A stretch of DNA of 64,000 nt from Pseudomonadota bacterium. GTDB lineage: Bacteria > Myxococcota > JACRCW01 > JAFGSX01. Position numbers and translations under genes: made by a program. Of the stretch, positions 19,394 through 29,392 are shown piece by piece (the first letter of the stretch is position 1; every line of letters begins with the position of its first letter). The notes under the pieces were generated by a model. It was given only the letters and a program-made list of their open reading frames with translations, was not told the origin of the DNA and did no database searches. Where the stretch lies: positions 192,001 through 256,000 of the forward strand of contig JBDRCO010000003.1 in assembly GCA_043821645.1 (NCBI GenBank), in the 5' to 3' direction.

Positions 19394-22360
19394 ATGTCCA
19401 AGCGTCTTTCTTGCGGTATCCTGGTCCTGAGCTGTGCCTTGCTGGCCTGTCCGGTCGAGCCTACCGGCCTCGATGCGTCGGTGGCCAGGGACGCCAGCGT
19501 CGGCATAGACCGCGCCACCGGACACGACGCTACCACCACCGACAGCGGGCGCGACGCCGCGATGCAGGACCTGGCGCGATCCGACGCCACGACGTCGAGT
19601 TGCGGGATCTCGTTCGAACCCAACCCGGCGACCTTCGACGCCACGCGCCTGAGTCTGCGGGTCGATCAGCTGATCAACCTCGTCAACAACTCGGACACCG
19701 ACGTGTCCGTGACCTCGGTCAGCATCGTCAACAACTCGACAGCCAACGAGTTCGCCATCGCTGCGGACAGTCCCTTCACCGCTGGCATCATTCCCTCCGG
19801 CAGCATTGGCAACAGCCGCGGGGTCAAGGTCAGCTACACGCCCCGCGACGCCCTGGCCGACACCTCGGATCTGCAGGTCGTGACCACCTGTCCGGGCCAC
19901 CCGATCTTCACGGTGGAGCTGAATGGCCAGTTCGTGGCTTCTCCGACCATCGTCGTCACCGACTATGCAGACGTCGACACTCCCATGGTCAGCAGCGTGG
20001 ACTTCGGCGACGTGCGGCAATCCTCTTATTCGGAGGTTCAGCTCTTCATCAAGAATATCACCGCAGGCTCCGCTCTCACTGTGCAGGGCGCGGCGCTCAA
20101 CCCGACCACCGGGACGCCATTCACGTCGAGTACCGACCGCTCGCTGCCTTACACCCTGTCGCAGTGGGACTCCTTTTGCGCCGGCACCCATGAGTGCGAC
20201 ACCGGTCGCCAGGAAGTCTGCGTGGGCAACGCATGCCAGAGTTCGGCCGGCTTCTACCTCGACCAGGTCGTGGTCACGGTCCGTTTCACTCCGACCACGG
20301 TCGGCGAGCAGTGGGTCAACCTGCGCATTCACAGCGACGATGCCGTGACGGCAGTGCACACCATTGCCATTCGCGGAAATGGTGTGCCCACCACCGACTG
20401 TCCGGCGCGTTTTCACGCACCGGGAGCCTGGAACCCCTCGACCCTTGTCTGCGTCTATACCTGCGAGAGCGGCTGGGTGGACCTCAATGGCGACCTCAAC
20501 GCCCTCAACAACTCCAATGGCTGCGAGACCCAGTGCACGGCGGGGTCGTCGGATGATGTCCCGGACCTCAACGGCTTGGATAGCAATTGCGACGGCATGG
20601 ACGGTGATCCCACCAAGGGATTCTTTGTCTCCTTGACCGCACCGGCTGGTGGCACCGGGAGCCAGTCCCTGCCCTTCAACAGCCTGCAGGCGGGCCTCAC
20701 GGCGGCATCCACGGATCTGGTGAAGAAGAACCTCTACCTGGCTGACGAGACCTATACCAGCACCAGCACCGTCGTCATTCCGCCCGGGATCAAGGTGTAC
20801 GGGGGCTACGTGGTGCAGGGGCAGCCCGACGGGCAGAAGTGGCGCACCCGCACCGGCATCACCAGCATCAGCGGCCCCAGCACCGCAGTTAGCGTGACCG
20901 GCGCCTCGGCGCAGACCGTGTTGCAGAAGATCGTGGTGCGCGCCACTAACGGCACCGGCGCCAGCGTGCACTCCATCGCGCTCAAGGCGGTCAACTCACC
21001 CGGGCTCGAGCTCGAGGCGGTGACCCTGCAGGCGGGCAATGGCGTACCCGGGGCCGCGGGGAGCAACGGCAATGCCGGCGCAGGTGGCAACCCGGGAACC
21101 GCGGGCAAGGCAGGCTGCCAGTGGAACGGTCCGTTCGTCAATTGCAAGGACGGTGGTCGTGGCGGCGCGGCTGCGGCCTGTGCGGCCACCTCGCCCGGTG
21201 CCCACGGAGGGCAGGGCGGCTATCTCAACGCCACGGTCAACCAGACCATCGTCCGCGGCACCTGGTATGACGGTGTGACCGTTGCTTCGGGTCAGTACCT
21301 TGACTCAGCCACCGCCCATTTCTTCCGCGATGACGACGGGGACTTTGCTGTCGACGACATCACGGGCTACGTCATCGAGATCACCAACTCGAACAACTTC
21401 ACCAACCAGGGTCGCTTCACCATCACCGAGCTGGTCTCGGATCAGCGGGTGAAGCTGGGGAATGCCAGTGGCCTGGTCAGCGAGACCAACCTCACCTTCA
21501 AGCTCATCACCCAGTACGGCGCCCTGGATGGGGACGACAACACCGTGGGTGCCCAGGGTGGCAGCGGTGGCGACCGCGCGGGCTCAGCCCTCTATGCCTC
21601 ATGCTATGGCCAGGCCGGCTTCGCTGGCGTCGACGGACAGCATGGCAATCCGGGAGCGGGTGGTGCGGTGAGGGCCACGCGCATCGTGGGCACGGATCTT
21701 CTCACCGGGGATGCCTTTGACGGTGAGGACGGCGTCGGGGACGCGGCAGGTGGCACGGCCGGTGGTGGTGGCGGCGGGGGCGACTGTGGCTATGGCAACG
21801 CGAGCTGCGTGGCCGCGCCCAACTGCGGTTTCAATAGCTGGGGCGGCGGTGGCGGCGCTGGCGGCTCCGCGGGATGTCCTGGCCAGAAGGGCGCTGCCGG
21901 TACTGGCGGCGGCTCGTCCATAGGCATTCTGGCCATCAATTCTCCGCTCGACGTCATCGGCTGCACCATCACGACGGGCAACGCTGGCGACGGAGGGGCG
22001 GGAGGCAACGGCGGCGCGGGCGGCACGGGCGGAAGTTCTGGCGCCCCAGGGGCAGGGGCCGGTGCCGGGCTCTCGCTGGTTCCCACGTCTGGCGCAGGTG
22101 GTCAGGGCGGCCAGGGCGGACGTGGTGGTTTTGGTGGTGGCGGCGGCGGCGGCGCGGGAGGCGATACCATTGGCATCGCCTATTCTGGCGGCGCACCGGT
22201 GCAGAGTGGCGTCAACACCATCACCACGGGCACCGCCGGAAACGGTGGCTCGGGCGGCACAGGAGCCACCACGGGCTTCTGCAATCGCGCCAACAGCAGC
22301 GAGTGTGGCGACGGCCAGGATGGCTCCGACGGGAGAGACCAGTCCGTGCAGCAGCTTTGA
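19394..22360 (+). CDS. Cys-rich lipoprotein B, tandem paralog of A
   Basis: AGGAG RBS; lipobox LLAC; collinear with A (CESGWVDLNGD, DSNCDGMDG, VYGGY, SWGGGGG.GGSAGC, GFCNR.NSS.CG). Confidence 0.8.
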   Translation: MSKRLSCGILVLSCALLACPVEPTGLDASVARDASVGIDRATGHDATTTDSGRDAAMQDLARSDATTSSCGISFEPNPATFDATRLSLRVDQLINLVNNSDTDVSVTSVSIVNNSTANEFAIAADSPFTAGIIPSGSIGNSRGVKVSYTPRDALADTSDLQVVTTCPGHPIFTVELNGQFVASPTIVVTDYADVDTPMVSSVDFGDVRQSSYSEVQLFIKNITAGSALTVQGAALNPTTGTPFTSSTDRSLPYTLSQWDSFCAGTHECDTGRQEVCVGNACQSSAGFYLDQVVVTVRFTPTTVGEQWVNLRIHSDDAVTAVHTIAIRGNGVPTTDCPARFHAPGAWNPSTLVCVYTCESGWVDLNGDLNALNNSNGCETQCTAGSSDDVPDLNGLDSNCDGMDGDPTKGFFVSLTAPAGGTGSQSLPFNSLQAGLTAASTDLVKKNLYLADETYTSTSTVVIPPGIKVYGGYVVQGQPDGQKWRTRTGITSISGPSTAVSVTGASAQTVLQKIVVRATNGTGASVHSIALKAVNSPGLELEAVTLQAGNGVPGAAGSNGNAGAGGNPGTAGKAGCQWNGPFVNCKDGGRGGAAAACAATSPGAHGGQGGYLNATVNQTIVRGTWYDGVTVASGQYLDSATAHFFRDDDGDFAVDDITGYVIEITNSNNFTNQGRFTITELVSDQRVKLGNASGLVSETNLTFKLITQYGALDGDDNTVGAQGGSGGDRAGSALYASCYGQAGFAGVDGQHGNPGAGGAVRATRIVGTDLLTGDAFDGEDGVGDAAGGTAGGGGGGGDCGYGNASCVAAPNCGFNSWGGGGGAGGSAGCPGQKGAAGTGGGSSIGILAINSPLDVIGCTITTGNAGDGGAGGNGGAGGTGGSSGAPGAGAGAGLSLVPTSGAGGQGGQGGRGGFGGGGGGGAGGDTIGIAYSGGAPVQSGVNTITTGTAGNGGSGGTGATTGFCNRANSSECGDGQDGSDGRDQSVQQL

Positions 22361-22470
22361 TGAAGACCGGGCGGGACCCGACCACGCACGACCGGCCGAC
22401 CCCTGTTGTGCGTACCCCTTGCTGAGCCAGGTGATGTGATCTGGGAGTCCGTCATTCGCCGGGGACCCTC

Positions 22471-23436
22471 ATGAACCTGAACTGCGCGCGTTGCGGTGCT
22501 CACCTCGAGCTGGCTCCGGATCACAGCCTCGCCACCTGCCCCTACTGCGGCGCCACCGAGCTGTTCGAGCGTGAACCCACCCCTGTGATCGCGACCCCCG
22601 GATCCGAATCCGATCCCGAGCCAGGGCCCGAGCCCTCCGGTGCGGCCGTGACGACCGCCAAGGTCATTGTCATCATCCTGGGCGTGATGGTGGTCGCGTC
22701 CCTGCTGGGTGCTGTCGTCGCGGTGGGGCTTCGGGTCAAGGACTGCGTGAACGACTGGAAGGACGCGCCTGCTGTCGCCCAGGTCGCCCCCCCGGCAAAG
22801 CCTGAGGTCGCGAGACCCATCAAGGTGCCTGAGCGTGTCGTGGCGCGCAATATCGCTGAGCAGATCTTGGAGCCCGAGTTGCTGGCTTGCATGAGGCATA
22901 ACAAGGTGCACCGGCTCTGGATCACCATCGGCTATCCGCGCAAGTACGCGGACCCTGCGACCTTCCCGCCGCTGGAGGTCCTCAGTCAGAAGGTGGACTA
23001 CCGTGAAGTCCGTGACTTCAAGGCGACGCCTCTGGGGCTCTGTGTGCAAAAGGCCGTGGATCAGATCTGGACCAATGCGGGCCCCAGTGGATCCAAACTG
23101 GCCTACATGCTGGTCAATCCCGACGTGCCGGACCCGCTTGCCGGCAAGCCGGAATACCTGAACGAGGTCAAGACCCAGAAGGCTCTGGCCGAGTTTGACG
23201 AGAATGCCAGGGACTGTGCACGACGCCAGCTGCCGGGCTGGATGCCGGGCACCGATTCCACCTACGTCATCGTCACCTTCCGCGGTGTCGACGGTCAGGC
23301 CGTGCAGGTCAGACCCTGGAGCCAGGTTGCACAGACAGCGTATGCCAGGTGCCTGGAGGAAGCCTATCTGCCGGCCAAGACGCATCCGTTCAAGGCAAAC
23401 ATGGACCAGTCTGTGGGCCACGATCTTCGCCTGTGA
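22471..23436 (+). CDS. Zinc-ribbon bitopic membrane protein
   Basis: CARCG...CPYCG N-terminus, Pro-rich linker, one TM helix, periplasmic domain with paired Cys. Confidence 0.7.
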   Translation: MNLNCARCGAHLELAPDHSLATCPYCGATELFEREPTPVIATPGSESDPEPGPEPSGAAVTTAKVIVIILGVMVVASLLGAVVAVGLRVKDCVNDWKDAPAVAQVAPPAKPEVARPIKVPERVVARNIAEQILEPELLACMRHNKVHRLWITIGYPRKYADPATFPPLEVLSQKVDYREVRDFKATPLGLCVQKAVDQIWTNAGPSGSKLAYMLVNPDVPDPLAGKPEYLNEVKTQKALAEFDENARDCARRQLPGWMPGTDSTYVIVTFRGVDGQAVQVRPWSQVAQTAYARCLEEAYLPAKTHPFKANMDQSVGHDLRL

Positions 23437-23489
23437 GCAGGGAACCTGATTCCAAATCGTTTGATGGGTCTGCTCGTGCGGCCGAACAA

Positions 23490-25448
23490 CTACGGACACC
23501 GCGACGTGTAGCGAAAGGTCACGACCTGACCTGGCAGGGGCACGCCGCCAGGGGCAAAGGTCACGCTGTGGCTCCCGCTGTCATACGCGAAGTCCACGCC
23601 AAAGGTCTTCAGGACACCGTCGACCCTGACCTCGGGGGTGGCCTGCGCTGCCGACGACAGGAAGAAGGTGGCGCGCTGCCCTGCTCCGAGCCTCACCAGC
23701 TCGCGCAGCAGGGGTGTCCAGTCCGCGGCGCAGATCGAGGCGCGCACGCCGCTCGCCTGGTCCATGAGAGCCAGAAAGCGTGTGCCAGGATCCGTGGCGC
23801 TGGCGCAGCTGTCGCCCTCGAGAGTGACCAGGGCGCCGACGCTGATCGCGTTGTTGCCGAGGTGTCCCTTGAGCCCGCGTAAAAAGGTCAGGGTGTCCTC
23901 GACTGAAATGTTGCTCTGCTCCTCCTCGTTGCTCAGGTAGAGCACGGCCAGCAGGGCCTCGGGGCGCAGGAACCCCGCATTTCGCGTCGCGCTGAGGGGC
24001 AAGCTGAGCGCTGCCACCGTGGCGTCGAAGCCGCGCTCGGTGCCGCTGCCCGAGGAGCCTGGCGTCACCGCAGCCGTGAGTCGCGCCGTGGGGTTTGGTA
24101 ACGAACTCGGTGTGATGACAGGGAAGGTCTCGCTCAGCGGGATGAAGCGCCCGTGCACACCCGTCTCCATGTCCGTGGTGGTCACGCCGATGTGGTAGCT
24201 GACGCCGAGCCACTCGAGTTCGTTGATGAGGGCGCTCATGTCTCGCGCCAGCTGGGCCTGGGCCGGGTCCATGGACCCGCTGTCATCGACGACGATGAAC
24301 AGATCCACGGGATCATTGCCGCCCTGCAGGTAGCTGTCCTCGATCTGGTCCGCGACCTCCGCGATCAGCTCCACCTGGCCAGCAATGTGTGCGCCCCCTT
24401 CGAGCGTGGCGCTCAACCTGGCCGTGGCCATCCCTGCGGCGTCCAGCTGCACCTTGAGCTGCACGGGCATGACCGATCCTGCGCCGACGTCGAAGGGCGC
24501 ACTGGTCTCGACCGTGAAGGCGGGGTTGCCGGTGAGGGTCAGGCTCGCCACGCGATGAAGCGTCTGGCAGGCATTGACCACCAGCACCTGCTGGCTGGCC
24601 TGGCACTGCATTGGCAGGGAACCGAAATCGACCAGGCCCGTACTGAATTCGATGCAGGTTCCCGGGGGCGTTGCGATGGCCGTCGCCGTCACCAGGAAGG
24701 TGAGCGATCCGCCGCTGGTCCCACCCAGCCTGGCGGTGACGGTCGCGCTCAGCGAACCCGGAGCGGTCGGCGCATAGAGCAGGCGGAGGGTCTCGACCTG
24801 GCCGCTTCCGAGGAGGGGCTGAACAACCACGGGTAGCGCCGCGGGTTCGAGCACGGTGAGGGCCGCACCCGCGGGTGCGATCTGGATCTCGGTGAGCACG
24901 CAGGGACCGCTTCCCTGATCGATCATGCCGACGCTGGCCGAGGCGGTGGAGCCGACCAGGACCGTGCCAAGCTCGATGGTGCTCTGCGAGAGCTGGGCGC
25001 TGCACAGGCTGGTGTCGACGTCGCCACCCACCAGGGCGTCGGTTGCGCTGGTGGTGTCCGCCGTGGTCGCGTCTGCGGGTCCCGGGACGTCGCTGGCCAC
25101 CGTGGAGTCCGCAGTGGCCAGGTCGGGACCCGTGGTCAGATCCGGGTGCTGCGTGGTGTCTGGCCGCGACGCATCCGGAGTGACCTGGGTATCCATGCTG
25201 GCCTGATCCCGCGCCGCTCTGTCGCTTGCGGCCGCGTCCAGCGTCAGGGCGTCGCCACTCCCAGCGTCGTGGACCTGCTGAGCGCACACACCCAGGAGGC
25301 AGCGAAGCCCTGCCAGGCAGTCCGCGCTGGAGAGGCAGGACTCACCCGCGGGTTTACCGCCTGTCGGCGCGCGTTCAACACAGGATGCACATCCCGAGGA
25401 GAACGCCACCCACAGCAGGAAAAAATAAAGCGCAGAACCACGTTTCAT
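23490..25448 (-). CDS. Cys-rich lipoprotein D: 2 ASH Ig-like domains + VWA (MIDAS) domain
   Basis: Signal ending SSGC; CLSSADC..GL.C; D/A/T linker; IELGTV and VDFGSL domains; DLFIVVDDSGSM, YHIGVTTTD, GTERG, FLRPEA.L, SIC..DW. Confidence 0.82.
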   Translation of the reverse strand: MKRGSALYFFLLWVAFSSGCASCVERAPTGGKPAGESCLSSADCLAGLRCLLGVCAQQVHDAGSGDALTLDAAASDRAARDQASMDTQVTPDASRPDTTQHPDLTTGPDLATADSTVASDVPGPADATTADTTSATDALVGGDVDTSLCSAQLSQSTIELGTVLVGSTASASVGMIDQGSGPCVLTEIQIAPAGAALTVLEPAALPVVVQPLLGSGQVETLRLLYAPTAPGSLSATVTARLGGTSGGSLTFLVTATAIATPPGTCIEFSTGLVDFGSLPMQCQASQQVLVVNACQTLHRVASLTLTGNPAFTVETSAPFDVGAGSVMPVQLKVQLDAAGMATARLSATLEGGAHIAGQVELIAEVADQIEDSYLQGGNDPVDLFIVVDDSGSMDPAQAQLARDMSALINELEWLGVSYHIGVTTTDMETGVHGRFIPLSETFPVITPSSLPNPTARLTAAVTPGSSGSGTERGFDATVAALSLPLSATRNAGFLRPEALLAVLYLSNEEEQSNISVEDTLTFLRGLKGHLGNNAISVGALVTLEGDSCASATDPGTRFLALMDQASGVRASICAADWTPLLRELVRLGAGQRATFFLSSAAQATPEVRVDGVLKTFGVDFAYDSGSHSVTFAPGGVPLPGQVVTFRYTSRCP

Positions 25449-25591
25449 CGTGTTCTCCCATCGTGACGCACCGCACCAGAAGCCAGTTGCGATCTGCCCG
25501 CTAGCTGGCGAGGGTGCGACCTGTCTTGTACCATGAAAGAGATGGCTCCGCGCGTCGGGCCATGCCGGGTCAGGCGACTCCGGGAGGGTGC

Positions 25592-28500
25592 ATGCGTGCT
25601 CGAATTGCCTTGATGGCCTCGTTTCTGTTTCTGGCCCCTGGGTGTCCCGAGCCTGCCGTGGTCGGTTCCGATGGTGGCGTGCGCTGCACGGACGACTCGG
25701 ACTGCGCTGCGAACCAGGTGTGCCACGCCGGAAGTTGCGTGCTGCGCTACCGGGTCGATGGCGGCGTCACCGAGGGCGGTGTGACCGACCTGGCAGGCCG
25801 GGATCTGAGCGGGATCGACGTTGCGAGTGGCGACACAGGGGGCAGTGGCGGCCCGCAGATTCAGGTCGACCCGGCAGACCTGTATCTGGAGTTCGGTGGT
25901 GTGCGTCTGGGAACTCCAGTCACCTTGCCTGTCACGGTCACCAACGTGGGAGGGGCCACGCTGCGCGTGTTCCAGGTGCGGCTGCGGGACAACACGAGCG
26001 GCGAGTTCACCGTCGATTCCTCGGGGACCATCAACCTGGATCTGGCGCCCGGTCACGACCTCGTGATCCAGGTGACGCACACGCCCGTGGATGGCGTCGC
26101 GGATCGCGTGTTCCTGGGTATCGTATCCTCGGATGCGGATCAGTCCCTGGTCGAGGTCGAGCTCTTTGCGGAGTTCAAGGGCGACCCCGTGCTGGCGGTA
26201 GTCGCGGACCGCGCCGCCGAGACCCCCGAACTGCTCGCGGTCGATTTTGGCGAGGTTCCCGTCGGAGCGAGCCAGGAGCAGACCCTGTATCTGAAGAACA
26301 TCGGCGCCAGCGACTCGGTGCTCACGGTGAGCCAGGTGCGCAAGGAGCCAGGAACAGTGCAGGTATTCGCGATCACCCCGACCCTGATTCCGTCGTCGCT
26401 GTCCCGCGACCTGGGAGCCTGCGCCGACGAGGAATCCTGCGGCGGCGCGCCGCTGACCTGCGTGGGCGGCATCTGCTACGACGGCAGTGACCCCGTCGAC
26501 GTGGTGGTGGTCACCGTACGCTACACACCCACCACCAATGCCGCGGACAGCGCGTCCCTGGTCATCCTGCACGATGGTTCGGGCGAGACCGGGTCGCGCA
26601 CCCTGAGCATCACCGGCAGTGGCGTCTCGGGGCAGGTTGGCGTGTCGCCCAGCAGCGTGAACTTCGGCAACGTGTTCGTGGGCTTTCCACAGCAGCGGAA
26701 CGTCACCGTCACCAATGCCGGTGGTGGCCAGCTCGATCTCACCTCCATCACCGTGGCGACGGGAGGTCTTGGCTTCACCTTGGTGACCTCGGGGACCAGT
26801 CTTCATCTGGCCTCCAGCGAGAGCACGGACATCGGCGTGATCTTCGATCCCGCGGCACCCGTGAGTGGCGCCTTTGACATGCTGATCATCCAGAACTCCG
26901 ACGTGGATCCGCTGCGCCGTACCCTGCAGGTGCCGCTGCTCGGGAACGGCCTCAACCCGCCCGACATCGCCGTGGCTCCCCTGCAGGTGGCCTTCGGGGA
27001 CGTGCACCTCAGGGTCACTGGCCTGGACAGGCCAGGCGTGCAGCAGCTGACCATCGACAACAACGGCACGGGAGACCTGAGCCTGCTGGGGGTCGAGTTC
27101 GTGCGCCCGGCTGGCGCCACCGTGCCCGCGGGCCTGTCTGCCGAGCTCCCAGGCAGCACCGTGATCACACCCTCGGCCAGTGCCACGGTGACCCTGCGCT
27201 TTGCGCCCGTGACCGTCGGCGATGTGCCGGCGGACCTCGAGGTGCGCGTGCGCTCGAACGACCCGCACCCGGGGCAGGACCGCATCCAGTTGCCGGTCAC
27301 CGGCCGCGGCGTGAACCCCGACATCGCGGTATCGCCGGTGTCCATCACCTTCCCGGCCACCCTGGGCGGCACCACCAGCGACGTCACTCTGCGCATCTCG
27401 AACATCGGCACCTTCGGTCCACTCGTGGTGGCCCAGCCCACCTGGCAGAACATGAACCGCGGCGGTGTGTACGCGATCCTTCCACCGGCTGGCGGCTGGC
27501 CGCTGTCCGTCAACGTGGCCAGCGAGGTGGCGTTGACCGTGCGCTACAGCCCACCCGACTACAACGCCACGCCGGACACGACGACGCTGGTGCTACAGAG
27601 CAACGACATCGAGCGCGACCCGCTGCAGATCCCGGTCACCGGGGTGTCCTCGACCTGTCCTCCCAAGGCCGGCGCCCAGGGCGTGTTCAACAGCGGCAAT
27701 GGTCTGTGCGAGTACGCGTGTCTGGAGCACTTCTACGACCTCGACCAGAACCTGGCTCAGGTCGGCGGGAGCTGCGAGTACGAGTGCTACGGCGACGTGG
27801 CCAATCCCGACGTCCCCGACAGCGACAACGATGGCGTGTTCGAGGATGCCAACTGTGATGGCATCGACGGGGTCAAGGCGCAGGCCATCTTCGTGTCCGA
27901 GAACGGGCAGTCCACCAACACCGGCGCCTTTGGCTCGCCGCTCGACACCATCCCGGCAGGCATCAGCAAGGCGCAGAGCACGGGTGCAAGCACGGTGCTG
28001 GTCTCGGCGGGCATCTACCCGGGCGAGGTGAGCGTGGTCGCCGGCATCAGTGTGTACGGCGGTTATGATCCGGTCACCTGGCTGAGGAGCTACAGCAACC
28101 TGAGCATCTTGCAGCGCACATCTGTGGCTGCCAACATGGTCGGGCTCCGTGCCAGCAGCATCACTGTTGCCACCGAGGTTGATGGCCTGGTCATCAACAT
28201 CGACAGCAACGGGCAAAACGGTGGCTCGACATACGGCGTCCACAGTCAGGGCTCGAGCAACGCGCTCAAGCTGACCAACCTCACGATCCTGGCGGGCAAC
28301 GGTGGTGCCGGAATGGCGGCGACCAACGGAGACCCGGGCAATCCAGGCACCGCAGGCAGTCCAGGGGGACCCGGCTGCGATGGCTGCAATGGTGGCGACA
28401 ATCGCGGAGCTCCAGGATCCAGTTCGTGCAGCCCCGGCGGACGCGGTGGCTGGGGCGGTTACAGCACCACCAACGGAACCGCTGGTCTGGTGGGATCCGG

Positions 28501-29227
28501 CCCTTCGCCGGGAACCGCCGGTGCAGGTGGAGGCAGCGATGGCTCGCACTACTGTGCGCTGGGCTGCGGTGGGGGTGGTGATCCTGGCGGGACCGGGGGC
28601 GGAGGTGGCACAGCCACAGCCGGTGGCCACGGTGACGGCGGAGGCGCGACGGGGAGCGTGGTGACCTACTGGCTCGGTCAGAACGGACAGCCTGGAACTG
28701 CCGGCGGCAACGGCTCTGGCGGTGGCGGTGGCGGTGGAGGCGGCGGAACCGATTGCTGCAACGATGACCAGGGTGGCGGCGGCGGCGGCGGCGGTGGTGG
28801 CGGCTGCGGGGGCAGCGGTGGCAGCGCGGGAACGGCCGGCGGGGGCTCCTTTGGGGTGTTCCTGGTGAACTCGTCGCCCACGATCCGCTACTGCAGCGTC
28901 ACCTCGGGCATAGGCGGTCATGGCGGCAACGGGTCCAAGGGAGGCGCTGGCGGGACTGCAGGGGGCGCCGGCCAGGGTGGTGCCTCGGCAGATGACGGCG
29001 ACCGCGGTGGCAATGGCGGCGCAGGCAGCGCGGGCGGCGCGGGCGGCTGCGGTGGTGGCGGTGCGGGTGGCCCGTCCTATGGGATCTACCGGCACGGCTC
29101 CTCCTCACCTTCGACCCTGCTCAACACACTGGCCAACGGGGGCGGGGGGAGCGGCGGCACGGCGGCCTCGGGTTGCCCGTCGAGCTCAGCTGGGGCCAGC
29201 GGTGCCGGTGGAAACACCTACCCCTGA
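25592..29227 (+). CDS. Cys-rich lipoprotein C: 5 ASH Ig-like domains + DxNCDG motif + beta-helix + Gly-rich tip
   Basis: GGAGG RBS; lipobox APGC; LEFGGV, VDFGEV, VNFGNV, VAFGDV, ITFPAT repeats; DANCDGIDG; IFVS...G....PL.TI..GI..A...VYGGY; Gly-rich C-terminus. Confidence 0.8.
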   Translation: MRARIALMASFLFLAPGCPEPAVVGSDGGVRCTDDSDCAANQVCHAGSCVLRYRVDGGVTEGGVTDLAGRDLSGIDVASGDTGGSGGPQIQVDPADLYLEFGGVRLGTPVTLPVTVTNVGGATLRVFQVRLRDNTSGEFTVDSSGTINLDLAPGHDLVIQVTHTPVDGVADRVFLGIVSSDADQSLVEVELFAEFKGDPVLAVVADRAAETPELLAVDFGEVPVGASQEQTLYLKNIGASDSVLTVSQVRKEPGTVQVFAITPTLIPSSLSRDLGACADEESCGGAPLTCVGGICYDGSDPVDVVVVTVRYTPTTNAADSASLVILHDGSGETGSRTLSITGSGVSGQVGVSPSSVNFGNVFVGFPQQRNVTVTNAGGGQLDLTSITVATGGLGFTLVTSGTSLHLASSESTDIGVIFDPAAPVSGAFDMLIIQNSDVDPLRRTLQVPLLGNGLNPPDIAVAPLQVAFGDVHLRVTGLDRPGVQQLTIDNNGTGDLSLLGVEFVRPAGATVPAGLSAELPGSTVITPSASATVTLRFAPVTVGDVPADLEVRVRSNDPHPGQDRIQLPVTGRGVNPDIAVSPVSITFPATLGGTTSDVTLRISNIGTFGPLVVAQPTWQNMNRGGVYAILPPAGGWPLSVNVASEVALTVRYSPPDYNATPDTTTLVLQSNDIERDPLQIPVTGVSSTCPPKAGAQGVFNSGNGLCEYACLEHFYDLDQNLAQVGGSCEYECYGDVANPDVPDSDNDGVFEDANCDGIDGVKAQAIFVSENGQSTNTGAFGSPLDTIPAGISKAQSTGASTVLVSAGIYPGEVSVVAGISVYGGYDPVTWLRSYSNLSILQRTSVAANMVGLRASSITVATEVDGLVINIDSNGQNGGSTYGVHSQGSSNALKLTNLTILAGNGGAGMAATNGDPGNPGTAGSPGGPGCDGCNGGDNRGAPGSSSCSPGGRGGWGGYSTTNGTAGLVGSGPSPGTAGAGGGSDGSHYCALGCGGGGDPGGTGGGGGTATAGGHGDGGGATGSVVTYWLGQNGQPGTAGGNGSGGGGGGGGGGTDCCNDDQGGGGGGGGGGGCGGSGGSAGTAGGGSFGVFLVNSSPTIRYCSVTSGIGGHGGNGSKGGAGGTAGGAGQGGASADDGDRGGNGGAGSAGGAGGCGGGGAGGPSYGIYRHGSSSPSTLLNTLANGGGGSGGTAASGCPSSSAGASGAGGNTYP

Positions 29228-29392
29228 GCCGGATGGGATAGGCTGCTCGGGCGCCGCAGTCGAGCAAACCGACCTGGCATCTCCGGATCACACCAGGCCA
29301 ACCCCACTGAACGCCGTAACACGGCTAGACCTTGCAGATCCGCTGCGCTAGCCTGCGCGCCACTGTCGTCGGACCCGGGGGATGGGTGCGCG

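Noticed and set aside
17889..29215. GGC-rich repeats as a CRISPR array, DNA tandem repeat or true PE_PGRS genes
   Set aside because: They are imperfect coding repeats with no repeat-spacer periodicity and no PE domain; the proteins carry lipoprotein signals instead.
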